From an uncultured Desulfovibrionales bacterium (lineage in GTDB: Bacteria; Desulfobacterota; Desulfovibrionia; Desulfovibrionales; Desulfonatronovibrionaceae): DNA of 32,000 nt. Made by a program: the position numbers and the translations under genes. Location: positions 265 through 32,264 of the forward strand of contig CAYNNQ010000021.1 of assembly GCA_964398785.1 (NCBI GenBank), given 5' to 3'. The notes under the pieces are model-generated. The model ran no database searches, was not told the origin of the DNA, and saw nothing but the letters and a program-made list of their open reading frames with translations. Positions 23,849 through 32,000 of the stretch are shown here, in pieces. How positions within the stretch are numbered: position 1 is the first letter of the stretch; each line of letters starts with the position of its first letter.

Positions 23849-24775
23849 TTACGCATCACCCCCGTCAAAAGTCCCCTCGTTTATCTTCTTGTCCAGGACG
23901 GAAAGCTCGAACGGCTTGCTGGCCTCGCCGAAATAGACCGTGGTATGCGGGAAGGGTATCTCGATGCCCTTTTCGTCGAAGAGCATCTTTACCCGGCGCA
24001 AGAATTCCCGGCCCACCTTCCATTGCATGATGGGCTTGGTCTTGATCCTGCCCTTGACCTCCACCCCGGAGTCACCCAGCTTGTTCAGGCCGAAGACCTC
24101 CACGTCCTCCAGGATGAGTTGTCCGTACTCCTGGTCCTGGCGCAGCTCCGAGCCCACCGTGTGGAGAAGCTCCACAACCCGATCCACATCTTCCTTGTAC
24201 GCCACCTGAATCTCGAATACATATGCCGACCATTCATTGGTCATATTGCTCAGGGTGGAAATGACACCGTTGGGGAAAATATGCACCACGCCGGACAGAT
24301 CGCGCAGCACGGTGGTCCGGAAATTGATCCGCTCCACCACTCCTCCGGTTCCGTTAACTATGGCCACATCCCCGACCCGGATCTGATTCTCCAGGGTGAG
24401 GAAAAAACCGGAAATAACGTCCCGAACCAAATTCTGGGCACCGAAGCCCACGGCCAGGCCCAGGATACCGGCACCAGCCAAAATAGGGCCAATCTTGATA
24501 CCCACCTGATCAAAGATAATCAGGATAAAGACAGCCCACAACAGGACTACCGCGCCCTGACGGATAAGGCGCATCAGGGTCTGAATCCGCTTGGAAGCCT
24601 CGGTGGGGACGTCCCCGTCCGGGACCTGTTTATGCATAAGATGCTTTTCCAGGCGGCCCAATAAACGTCGGAGCAGGAAATGGGCAACTACAGCCAGGAC
24701 AAGAGTCACTCCCACCCTAACGAGTATTTGCAAAATATCCATCCACTCCACTTGGGCAAACAAGTCATTTACCAT
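23849..24775 (-). CDS. mscS: small-conductance mechanosensitive channel (MscS family)
   Basis: 308 aa with ATG preceded by AAGGAG. It has N-terminal TM helices and the conserved pore/beta-domain stretch GAQNLVRDVISGFFLTLENQIRVGDVAIV...GVVERINFRTTVLRDLSGVVHIFPNG. Confidence 0.9.
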   Translation of the reverse strand: MVNDLFAQVEWMDILQILVRVGVTLVLAVVAHFLLRRLLGRLEKHLMHKQVPDGDVPTEASKRIQTLMRLIRQGAVVLLWAVFILIIFDQVGIKIGPILAGAGILGLAVGFGAQNLVRDVISGFFLTLENQIRVGDVAIVNGTGGVVERINFRTTVLRDLSGVVHIFPNGVISTLSNMTNEWSAYVFEIQVAYKEDVDRVVELLHTVGSELRQDQEYGQLILEDVEVFGLNKLGDSGVEVKGRIKTKPIMQWKVGREFLRRVKMLFDEKGIEIPFPHTTVYFGEASKPFELSVLDKKINEGTFDGGDA

Positions 24776-24790
24776 GATTTCTCCTTTTAC

Positions 24791-25534
24791 TCATATATCC
24801 GGCTTGGCCTCTGTCTGGAAAGCCATCAATGGGGTCTGCAAAGGTTTCTTGTTCAAGATATCCACCCGCATGCCTATGAATGCACCCATAAAAGGGGGCA
24901 AAATCACATTGCCGAGTTTAGTATTGATCCTTTTTTCGGTCCACATAATAGGGGGAGTAGCCAGAACAGACCTGGAATAGATATCCTTGACCCCCAAAAC
25001 CCGGCGCAGGAGCAAGACCATCTCCAGCCAGGTATACCAATTGGCCTGGCGTAATGTGCTTTTGGGGCTCTTTTTCCCGCGTCTTCCGGAAAGCAGATAA
25101 TGCAGGGAGTGGCGATTCAGAAAGGCTATAAACAATTCCTTGCGGCTGACCCGAAAGGCCTCGCTCAGGACAGCCTCCGGATCGGAACAAAACTCCAAAA
25201 CGGTGATTAGGGCGGAAAAATCGAACTCCTTGTCCTCAAAAGGGAGATGCTCTCCGGCCGCCAAATGCAAGTCCGCCCTCTCCCCTATTCTTTGCCTGGC
25301 CCGTGCGAGCATTTCCGAGGAATTATCCACTCCGGTAACATCAAAACCAGCCTCCCAGAACATCTCCAAAAACACCCCGGTGCCACAGCCAATCTCCAAC
25401 AGGGACTGCTTGCGCCTGGGCCAAAAGGATATAAGGTGCTGCAGCAAACGCTTTTCCCGGGCCAGGGCAAAGGAGCCCTCTGCGGACTGTACCCAACTGT
25501 CGTACCTGCGTGCAGATTCCCGGGACCAGTGCAT
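24791..25534 (-). CDS. class I SAM-dependent methyltransferase (Methyltransf_11-like)
   Basis: I chose ATG 25534..25532, which shares one base with the ilvD stop (TGATG). The track start at 25537 is a TTG one codon upstream. The 247 aa product has SAM-binding motif I LLEIGCGTGVF, with an acidic residue following at VTGVDNS. Confidence 0.8.
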   Translation of the reverse strand: MHWSRESARRYDSWVQSAEGSFALAREKRLLQHLISFWPRRKQSLLEIGCGTGVFLEMFWEAGFDVTGVDNSSEMLARARQRIGERADLHLAAGEHLPFEDKEFDFSALITVLEFCSDPEAVLSEAFRVSRKELFIAFLNRHSLHYLLSGRRGKKSPKSTLRQANWYTWLEMVLLLRRVLGVKDIYSRSVLATPPIMWTEKRINTKLGNVILPPFMGAFIGMRVDILNKKPLQTPLMAFQTEAKPDI

Positions 25535-27210
25535 CAATCCTTGAACACGGCTCCTTTGGATGCCGATGTGGTCATCCGGCTATAGCGGCGTAAAAATGGT
25601 GAACTGTCTTCCTCCGGGGCCCATTTAAAATCTTTTTTTCTGCTCTCCAGTTCCTGTTCATCAACCAAAAGATCCAACTTCTTCTCCGGGATATCGATTT
25701 CAATCCTGTCCCCATCCCGGACCAGAGCTATGGGACCTAGTTCGGCCATTTCCGGAGACACATGGCCGATTGCCGCCCCCCTAGTACCGCCGCTGAACCT
25801 CCCGTCTGTTATCAGGGCCACTTCCCGGTCCAGGCCCATTCCGGCTATCGCCGAAGTCGGGGTTAGCATCTCCCGCATTCCCGGTCCGCCCTTGGGCCCC
25901 TCTCCACGAATAACCACTACTTCACCACCCTGTATATCACCGGCAAGAATAGTCTGCACAGCGCTCTCCTCGGAATCGAAAACACGGGCCGTACCGGTGC
26001 GCACCAGCATTTCTTCGGCTACCGCGGACTGCTTGACCACCCCACCCTCCGGGGCAAGGCTCCCTTTCAGTATAGCTATGCCTCCCCGGGGACTGAAAGG
26101 GTCATCCACCCTCCGGATCACTTCCCTGTCTGTCACCCGCGGAGTCAGCTTCCGCATATTTTCCTTTAATGTCTCCCCTGTGGCGGTCAATACATCCAAA
26201 TGGAGGATGTCCGCGGAAGCCAATTCACTCATCACCGCAGGGATACCCCCGGCCTGGTCCAGGTCCTCCAGATGGGATGGTCCCGCCGGAGACAGACGGC
26301 ACAAATTGGGGGTCTTGCGGCTTACCTTATCAAATATCTCCAGACCCAAATCCAGACCTGCCTCCCGAAATATCGCCGGCAGGTGCAAAACCGTGTTTGT
26401 GGAACATCCCAGGGCCATATCCACGGACACGGCATTGGCCACGCTTTTTTCCGTAACTATATCCGAAGGCAAAATGCCAGCCTGCAGTAGATCCATAATC
26501 TTCATCCCGGCTTTTTTGGCCAGACGCATCCTTGAGCTGGCTACAGCCGGAATCGTCCCGTTACCCGGCAGCGCCAGGCCAATGGCCTCGGAAAGACAAT
26601 TCATGGAATTGGCGGTAAACATCCCGGAACAGGACCCGCATGTAGGGCAGGCCTCTTCCTCCAGGCGGGCAAGCTCATCCTCGCTCATCTGCCCGCTTCT
26701 GACCTTGCCCACCCCCTCGAAAACGGAAATGAGGTCCGCGTTTTTCCCCTCGTGTCTTCCGGACAGCATCGGGCCACCACTAACCACAATAGCCGGGATG
26801 TTCAGGCGCATCGCGGCCATGAGCATGCCAGGAACAATCTTGTCGCAGTTGGGGATAAGCACCAGGGCGTCAAAGGGATGGGCCGAGGCCATGAGCTCCA
26901 CTGAATCGGCTATAAGCTCCCGGCTGGGCAGACTGAAGCGCATGCCCCGATGGTTCATGGCCAGCCCGTCACACACCCCAATGGTGGAAAACTCCAGCGG
27001 AGTCCCCCCGCCATGCCGCACTCCGGCCTTTACCGCGCGGGCCACTTCCTGGAGGTGGACATGGCCGGGGACGATTTCGTTTGCCGAGTTGACAATGCCG
27101 ATCAGGGGCTGTTCCAATTCCTCACGGGTGAGCCCGGTGGAATACATAAGGGCTCGGTGCGGGGCCTTCTCCATACCTCCAGTCATCTTTTTACTACGCA
27201 TATTAAACAT
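25534..27210 (-). CDS. ilvD: dihydroxy-acid dehydratase
   Basis: 558 aa. Conserved IlvD blocks are [52 protein letters not shown] and [14 protein letters not shown]. The start could instead be the ATG three codons in (27201). Confidence 0.95.
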   Translation of the reverse strand: MFNMRSKKMTGGMEKAPHRALMYSTGLTREELEQPLIGIVNSANEIVPGHVHLQEVARAVKAGVRHGGGTPLEFSTIGVCDGLAMNHRGMRFSLPSRELIADSVELMASAHPFDALVLIPNCDKIVPGMLMAAMRLNIPAIVVSGGPMLSGRHEGKNADLISVFEGVGKVRSGQMSEDELARLEEEACPTCGSCSGMFTANSMNCLSEAIGLALPGNGTIPAVASSRMRLAKKAGMKIMDLLQAGILPSDIVTEKSVANAVSVDMALGCSTNTVLHLPAIFREAGLDLGLEIFDKVSRKTPNLCRLSPAGPSHLEDLDQAGGIPAVMSELASADILHLDVLTATGETLKENMRKLTPRVTDREVIRRVDDPFSPRGGIAILKGSLAPEGGVVKQSAVAEEMLVRTGTARVFDSEESAVQTILAGDIQGGEVVVIRGEGPKGGPGMREMLTPTSAIAGMGLDREVALITDGRFSGGTRGAAIGHVSPEMAELGPIALVRDGDRIEIDIPEKKLDLLVDEQELESRKKDFKWAPEEDSSPFLRRYSRMTTSASKGAVFKD

Positions 27211-27236
27211 CCTTGTTTTCTTTGCAAAACGTTTTT

Positions 27237-27264
27237 ACTATAATTTGTTTGCCGTTCCGTACAA
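27237..27264 (-). promoter_or_regulatory. candidate sigma-70 promoter of the ilvD operon
   Basis: The minus strand reads TTGTAC (27264..27259), a 16 nt spacer, then TATAGT (27242..27237), about 30 nt upstream of the ilvD ATG. This rests on sequence match only. Confidence 0.35.
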
Positions 27265-27440
27265 AGTATAAAGAAATCCGCATGCTTGGCCTGCAAGTAG
27301 GCACCGGCCTGAGATCCCCTGTTTACAGAATCGCTCCCAGGGTAATTATTGGAGTGCCTGCCTCTGGACCCAAAATTACAAAACTCAGTATATGTCCAGT
27401 GATTGTGCAAAGAGTTTTTATCCGGGTCAAGCCCGGACAT

Positions 27441-27473
27441 AAAAAAAAGCACCCAAGGGGGTGCTTTTTTTTA
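27441..27473 (-). terminator. rho-independent (bidirectional-looking) terminator after lpxC
   Basis: The sequence is aaaaaaaa-gcaccc-aagg-gggtgc-tttttttt. The stems are 27448-27454 and 27459-27465, flanked by an A-run and a T-run. It lies 30 nt downstream of the lpxC stop on the minus strand. Confidence 0.8.
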
Positions 27474-27495
27474 TACTCTTTGGGAAAAGTTGGAG

Positions 27496-28416
27496 TTAGA
27501 CCAAGGCAGGCTCCATTTCCGGGACTTCCGAATGGCTGGGTTCCGGCCCTGAAGGAAACTCCTTCGCAGGCACCGGCTCTAGATAATCCTCCAGATGCTG
27601 GGTCAAATAGCGAAGAAAGGAATTGTTATGTGCGTGCCCCGAATAGCGGACATGAAAGTCCCCCTGCAAAGGCATGCCCATAACCGCAATGTCCCCCAAA
27701 AAATCAAGCACCTTATGCCGCACCATTTCCTCTTTGAAACGCAATCCCTCAGGATTAACCACTCCGTATTCGTCCAGCACCACCGCGTTTTCCAGGGAAC
27801 CTCCGCGAGCCAGCCCCATCTGTTGCATTTTTTCAACATCCTTTAAGAAGCCAAAGGTCCGGGCATTGGCAATCTCCCGGGTAAAGCTCCGGGGGTCCAC
27901 CTCCAGATCCAGTTCCTGGCAGCCCACCTGGGGATGGTCAAAATCTATTGTATATCGTACGCGCAGGCCGGCATAAGGCTCAGCCCGGATGGATTTTCCG
28001 TCTTGGGCAAATTCCAGCGGTTTTTTAAAACGCATTAGTTTCTTGCGTTTGTTCTGGGTCCGCAACCCGGCGCTGTGGAGCAAAAAAACAAAAGGCGAAG
28101 CACTGCCGTCCAGGATGGGGAGTTCCCTCCCGGTGACCTCTATATGCAAATTGTCTATGCCCATGGCGTAGACAGCCGCCAGTAAATGCTCAATAGTGGA
28201 GATACATGACTCCCCATCGGCAATGGTGGTAGCCAGGCCGGTGTCCCTGACTTTGTCCGGATGGACTTCAATAAGTGAGTTGCTTTCCCCGTTTTGGTGC
28301 ACAAACACCAATCCGGAATCTTCCGAACCGGGGTATAGAGTAAGATGGACTTTTTCTCCGGAATGCAACCCTATGCCGGAACAACTGATTGATTTTCTGA
28401 TGGTTTTTTGCAGCAT
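27496..28416 (-). CDS. lpxC: UDP-3-O-acyl-N-acetylglucosamine deacetylase
   Basis: 306 aa with ATG preceded by GGAGGG. The N-terminus MLQKTIRKSISCSGIGLHSGEKVHLTLYP and the motifs TTIADGE...STIEHLLAA, FLKDVE and HKVLDFLGD are characteristic of LpxC. Confidence 0.95.
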   Translation of the reverse strand: MLQKTIRKSISCSGIGLHSGEKVHLTLYPGSEDSGLVFVHQNGESNSLIEVHPDKVRDTGLATTIADGESCISTIEHLLAAVYAMGIDNLHIEVTGRELPILDGSASPFVFLLHSAGLRTQNKRKKLMRFKKPLEFAQDGKSIRAEPYAGLRVRYTIDFDHPQVGCQELDLEVDPRSFTREIANARTFGFLKDVEKMQQMGLARGGSLENAVVLDEYGVVNPEGLRFKEEMVRHKVLDFLGDIAVMGMPLQGDFHVRYSGHAHNNSFLRYLTQHLEDYLEPVPAKEFPSGPEPSHSEVPEMEPALV

Positions 28417-28728
28417 TTTACCCTCCGAAAAGTCCTAAAGCAAAAAACATACCATCAAGCTGGGAGTACATAACGTACTGATTTTAATACAAAATTAAAC
28501 ATAAAGTCTATTTTTGTAACCGTTTCTTCAAAAAACTGTTGTATTTTGACCACAGGTTGGAGAAAAAGGCAGTTACCCATTGGATCCTAGACGTTTGATG
28601 TGGATTTTCTCCGCCTTATCTTTTTTGAGGCCAAACTACCGGCCCGGTGTTTTCTAAACCCCGCCAAAGGGCCAAGAAAACGCTCGGGCCTCTCGTTAAA
28701 AGCATCCAAAAAGATCAGGAGGGGAAAA

Positions 28729-28758
28729 TAAAAAAATCCGACCCCCTGTCCAAGGGTC
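28729..28758 (-). terminator. weak candidate terminator after prmC
   Basis: On the minus strand, gaccc-ttggacagg-gggtc forms a 5 bp GC stem (plus 28740-28744 / 28754-28758) with a 9 nt loop. It is followed by ggatttttttatttt. The short stem makes this a low-confidence call. Confidence 0.3.
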
Positions 28759-28765
28759 TATCCAT

Positions 28766-29590
28766 TCACCGGCGGCGGGCATAAACATACCTGTCCCGGC
28801 CAGCGAGATCACGGAGCAAAGAGACCTCATCCCAGAAGCCAAACAGGGAAAGGACCTCCTCCCCCTGATTCGCCCCTATCTCCATGAGGATGATTCCTCC
28901 CTTTCGGAGTATGCGCTCCCCATCGCGGGCGAGAGCCGGGTAAAACTGTAGGCCCCCTTCTCCGGCCAGCAAAGCCTCTTTGGGTTCGAATCCGGACACT
29001 TCCCGGTCTAAAGAAGCGAATTCCGGCGTGGAAATATACGGGGGATTGCTCACCACCAGATCAAAACTGTTCCCGGCCAGCCCATTTCCCGTGGGGCATG
29101 CCACGAAACTCAACCGCTCGGCCACCCCATGTTTCCGGGCGTTTTCTCTGGCCACACGCAGCGCGGAAAGGCTTATATCCGTGCCTATACCCGAACAGCA
29201 CGGATACAAAAAGGCCAAAACCACCCCCAATGCGCCGCTACCCGTACCCAGGTCCGCAAAACGAAAACTTTCCCCGGAAGAGGGCAACATACGCCGGGTC
29301 GCATCTATTATCCCTTCAGTTTCCGGCCGCGGGATAAGGACATCCTCGTTGACCTGGAAATCAAGGCCGTAGAATTCCTTTTGACCGGTAATATACGCAA
29401 CCGGCAGACCATACTCCCGGTTTTTTATATATTCCCTGTAGAGTTCCCCCTCCCGGGGGGAGAGTTTTCTATGCGGATAAGTAATAAGGTCCAGGCGCTC
29501 GCAGTCGATTACATAGGCCAGGATTAGCTGGGCGGATAGGGAAGGGGAGTCCACCTGGGCACTATTCAGGATGCGGGTCGCCCAGCGCAA
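28766..29590 (-). CDS. prmC: peptide chain release factor N5-glutamine methyltransferase
   Basis: 274 aa. It has the NPPY catalytic motif (VVSNPPYI), the SAM motif ADLGTGSGALG, and sits directly downstream of prfA. The start used by the track (29590..29588) is TTG. The in-frame upstream codons (ISDPTVSTA) also look like genuine N-terminus. Confidence 0.9.
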   Translation of the reverse strand: MRWATRILNSAQVDSPSLSAQLILAYVIDCERLDLITYPHRKLSPREGELYREYIKNREYGLPVAYITGQKEFYGLDFQVNEDVLIPRPETEGIIDATRRMLPSSGESFRFADLGTGSGALGVVLAFLYPCCSGIGTDISLSALRVARENARKHGVAERLSFVACPTGNGLAGNSFDLVVSNPPYISTPEFASLDREVSGFEPKEALLAGEGGLQFYPALARDGERILRKGGIILMEIGANQGEEVLSLFGFWDEVSLLRDLAGRDRYVYARRR

Positions 29591-29616
29591 GGCGGTGGAT
29601 ACGGTGGGGTCAGAAA

Positions 29617-30687
29617 TTATTGCGCCAACTCCTCCTGCATGGCCTGAGCACGGAAATACTGGGCCAAAGGATCGATAATCTCCTCCAGATTCCCTTCCAT
29701 AATATCCGATAAATTATACAAAGTGAGATTAATGCGATGATCGGAAACGCGGCCCTGGGGGAAATTATAGGTCCTGACCCGCTCCGAGCGGTCACCGCTG
29801 CCCACCTGACTTTTTCGGTTGGCATCCTGTTCCCTTTTCTGCTCATCCTGCATTTGGTCCAAAAGGCGGGAACGTAATATCTTCATTGCCTTGGCCTTAT
29901 TTTTGTGCTGGGATTTTTCATCCTGACAGGAAACTACCATCCCGCTCGGTATATGGGTGAGGCGCACGGCCGAGTCAGTAGTGTTTACGCTCTGCCCTCC
30001 CGGCCCGGAAGCCCGAAAATAGTCGATGCGCAGATCCGAAGGGTCTATATTAACATCCACTTCCTCGGCCTCGGCTAGAATAGCTACAGTTACCGCAGAT
30101 GTGTGGATACGGCCCTGGGACTCGGTACTGGGTACTCGTTGAACCCGATGCACCCCGGATTCAAACTTGAGCCAGCTGTATACATGCTTCCCGGATATGG
30201 AGGCGATTATCTCCTTGAACCCGCCAGAATCGCTTTCCTGGACATTCAAGAGTTCCACCCTCCATCCCTTGCTCTCTGCATAACGGGAATACATCCGAAA
30301 CAGATCCGCAGCGAAAAGGGCGGCTTCCTCACCTCCGGTCCCGGCCCGGATCTCCAGCAAAATATCTTTTTCATCCATGGGATCCTTGGGGGTCAAGAGT
30401 TGTTTCAACCGCTCGGTCAGCTTTTCTTTTCTGTTTTCCAGCTCCTCAAGCTCCGCCTGAGCCAAATCCCGGATATCCTGTTCACTATCCCGCATAAGTT
30501 CTTTGTTATCCCCTATCTGGGCATCAATTTCCTTGTATTCGCGGAAGGCGGAAACGATTTCGGACAAATCGGCATGGGCCTTGGAAATACGCTTGTATTC
30601 CTCGGGATTGCTGTATATCTCCGGATTACTCAGTTCCTGTTCCAGATCCTCGAACTTCTGTTCCAGGGCCTCTAATTTTGCAAACAT
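29617..30687 (-). CDS. prfA: peptide chain release factor 1
   Basis: 356 aa. It has the GGQ motif (SGPGGQSVNTT) and a P-x-T type stop-codon recognition tripeptide (RVPSTESQGRIHTSA). This indicates RF1 rather than RF2. Confidence 0.95.
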   Translation of the reverse strand: MFAKLEALEQKFEDLEQELSNPEIYSNPEEYKRISKAHADLSEIVSAFREYKEIDAQIGDNKELMRDSEQDIRDLAQAELEELENRKEKLTERLKQLLTPKDPMDEKDILLEIRAGTGGEEAALFAADLFRMYSRYAESKGWRVELLNVQESDSGGFKEIIASISGKHVYSWLKFESGVHRVQRVPSTESQGRIHTSAVTVAILAEAEEVDVNIDPSDLRIDYFRASGPGGQSVNTTDSAVRLTHIPSGMVVSCQDEKSQHKNKAKAMKILRSRLLDQMQDEQKREQDANRKSQVGSGDRSERVRTYNFPQGRVSDHRINLTLYNLSDIMEGNLEEIIDPLAQYFRAQAMQEELAQ

Positions 30688-31601
30688 GAATCCTCTTTTT
30701 GTAGGGCACCATTAAGGGCGGCTACTGCCACCTCTATCTGACTGTCATCCGGTTCCTTGGTAGTAAGCCTCTGCAGTAAAAGTCCGGGCAGACTAAGCAG
30801 CCTGCACCACCATTTATTCCCGTGTTTTCCGGCCACCTTGATCACTTCATAAGCCGCGCCGCTTATGGGAACCATAAGCAAAAACTTGATAAAAAGCACA
30901 TAACCGTGCCGGAGGAAAAAACTCTGCGGTTCGAAAAAAAACAATAAGACAGGGACCAATACTGTAAAAAGCAAAATACTCACCGAAAGGACAAAAAGCA
31001 GAAAAGCGGTGCCGCAACGCGGGTGCAGACGACTGTACTTGCGGATATTGTCCGGGACAAGATCCTCGTTTTGTTCATAGGCATGAATCGCCTTGTGTTC
31101 GGCCCCGTGATACTGAAAGACCCTTTTTATGTCCGGCAATAGCGAAATACAGTAGATGTATCCCAGAAAAAGGGCAAACTTGAAAAGCCCGTCCCAGACA
31201 TGAAAGGACAGTTCCCGCACGTCTCCTCCCAATTCCGCGAGATGCATGCCTTCGGACAGAAAATGGGGCAAAACGACGAACAAGAGCAAGGCTAGCCCCA
31301 CTGAAGCGGCAATAGTCAAAAACATGGCCCAAGGCTTGATCTCTTCCCCGGCTTCTTCCGCGTACGCCTTTTGCGCCGAAAAATTCAGGGCCTTGATCCC
31401 GTTGACAAGAGTCTCCAAAAGGACAAAGAAACCGCGTATAAACGGCTTTTTAGTCCATTTGTAGCGCAGAAAGGTGATCCACTTCCGGCACTCCACAAAT
31501 ATATTCCCGGAAGGCTCACGAACTGCAATGGACAAGCGGTCCAGAGAGCGCATCATTACTCCTTCCATTACCGCCTGTCCGCCAACAGAGATATTCGGCA
31601 T
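30672..31601 (-). CDS. DUF1385-family integral membrane protein (function unknown)
   Basis: 309 aa with ATG preceded by GGGGAAGGG. The N-terminus ISVGGQAVMEGVMMRS is the hallmark I associate with DUF1385, and there are several TM segments. It sits in the conserved position between rpmE and prfA. Its 3' end overlaps the prfA start by 16 nt. Confidence 0.8.
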   Translation of the reverse strand: MPNISVGGQAVMEGVMMRSLDRLSIAVREPSGNIFVECRKWITFLRYKWTKKPFIRGFFVLLETLVNGIKALNFSAQKAYAEEAGEEIKPWAMFLTIAASVGLALLLFVVLPHFLSEGMHLAELGGDVRELSFHVWDGLFKFALFLGYIYCISLLPDIKRVFQYHGAEHKAIHAYEQNEDLVPDNIRKYSRLHPRCGTAFLLFVLSVSILLFTVLVPVLLFFFEPQSFFLRHGYVLFIKFLLMVPISGAAYEVIKVAGKHGNKWWCRLLSLPGLLLQRLTTKEPDDSQIEVAVAALNGALQKEDSCLQN

Positions 31602-31675
31602 AGCTTACCCTTCCCCTGTCCGGGCCTCAGTGTGCAAAACAGCCCAGCTCAATAAACGGAGTGCAAAAAAGGGCA

Positions 31676-31885
31676 TTACTTCCGGTATTCTCCGTATTTC
31701 TTCTTGAAGCGGTCGATCCGGCCTGCGGAGTCCACGAATCTCTGTTGCCCGGTATAAAAGGGATGACAATTGGAACATATTTCCACATTGATCTCCTCGC
31801 CAACCGTGCTTTTTGTCTCGAATTGATTGCCGCAGTAACATTTGACCACGGAATCGTATAATTTGGGATGGACCTCTTTTTTCAT
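31676..31885 (-). CDS. rpmE: 50S ribosomal protein L31 (Zn-binding type A)
   Basis: 69 aa with ATG preceded by GGAGG. The sequence is [27 protein letters not shown]...[12 protein letters not shown], with CxC...CxxC zinc ligands. Confidence 0.95.
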   Translation of the reverse strand: MKKEVHPKLYDSVVKCYCGNQFETKSTVGEEINVEICSNCHPFYTGQQRFVDSAGRIDRFKKKYGEYRK

Positions 31886-32000
31886 TACCAGTTACCTCCA
31901 TATAAATCTGTAAAACGAGTGATCCTTAATAAAGATTCCAGCAGTTGGCAAGGAAAACTCTGAAGGGCAAATCAGGGGCCATGCCCTAATCCCTCTGGGG

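Noticed and set aside
25730-27271. 513 aa plus-strand ORF antisense to ilvD
   Set aside because: The translation is low-complexity and Ser/Pro/Arg-rich, with no SD. The minus strand encodes an unmistakable IlvD across the same span.
27183-27683. Track ORFs 27183-27452 (-) and 27213-27683 (+) in the ilvD-lpxC spacer
   Set aside because: They run through a strong bidirectional terminator (27441-27473) and into lpxC or the ilvD leader. They have no SD and no recognisable motifs.

Overview
GC-rich bacterial chromosomal window. By eye the GC content is mid-50s % with a few AT-rich islands; I did not compute it. Gene content suggests an anaerobic Desulfobacterota/deltaproteobacterium-like organism, which is a low-confidence inference. 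The left edge (1-397) carries an AT-rich BrnT/BrnA-type toxin-antitoxin pair. Positions 710-14601 hold a ~14 kb, three-operon acyl-chain biosynthetic cluster. It encodes three full beta-ketoacyl synthases, a truncated KS-like partner, a short ANL adenylating enzyme, two ACPs and a FabG-like ketoreductase. It also encodes a CrtI/RetSat-like flavoenzyme, two B12-binding radical SAM enzymes (one fused to an LpxL-type acyltransferase), a PlsC-type acyltransferase and small lipoproteins. No dehydratase, enoyl reductase or thioesterase is present. This cluster is the most interesting object in the window, and its product cannot be deduced from sequence. The right half is largely housekeeping: an AT-rich lipoprotein gene, an RRM RNA-binding protein, a UMF1-type MFS transporter and an AddA/AddB-like helicase-nuclease pair. 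These are followed by mscS, a SAM methyltransferase coupled to ilvD, lpxC, prmC, prfA, a DUF1385 membrane protein and rpmE. I recognised no rRNA, tRNA, CRISPR array, transposase or integrase. Two unexplained non-coding structures lie in the addB-mscS spacer (23381-23848). The supplied ORF track uses GTG/TTG as well as ATG starts, so several starts were re-assigned after I read the codons and Shine-Dalgarno context myself.
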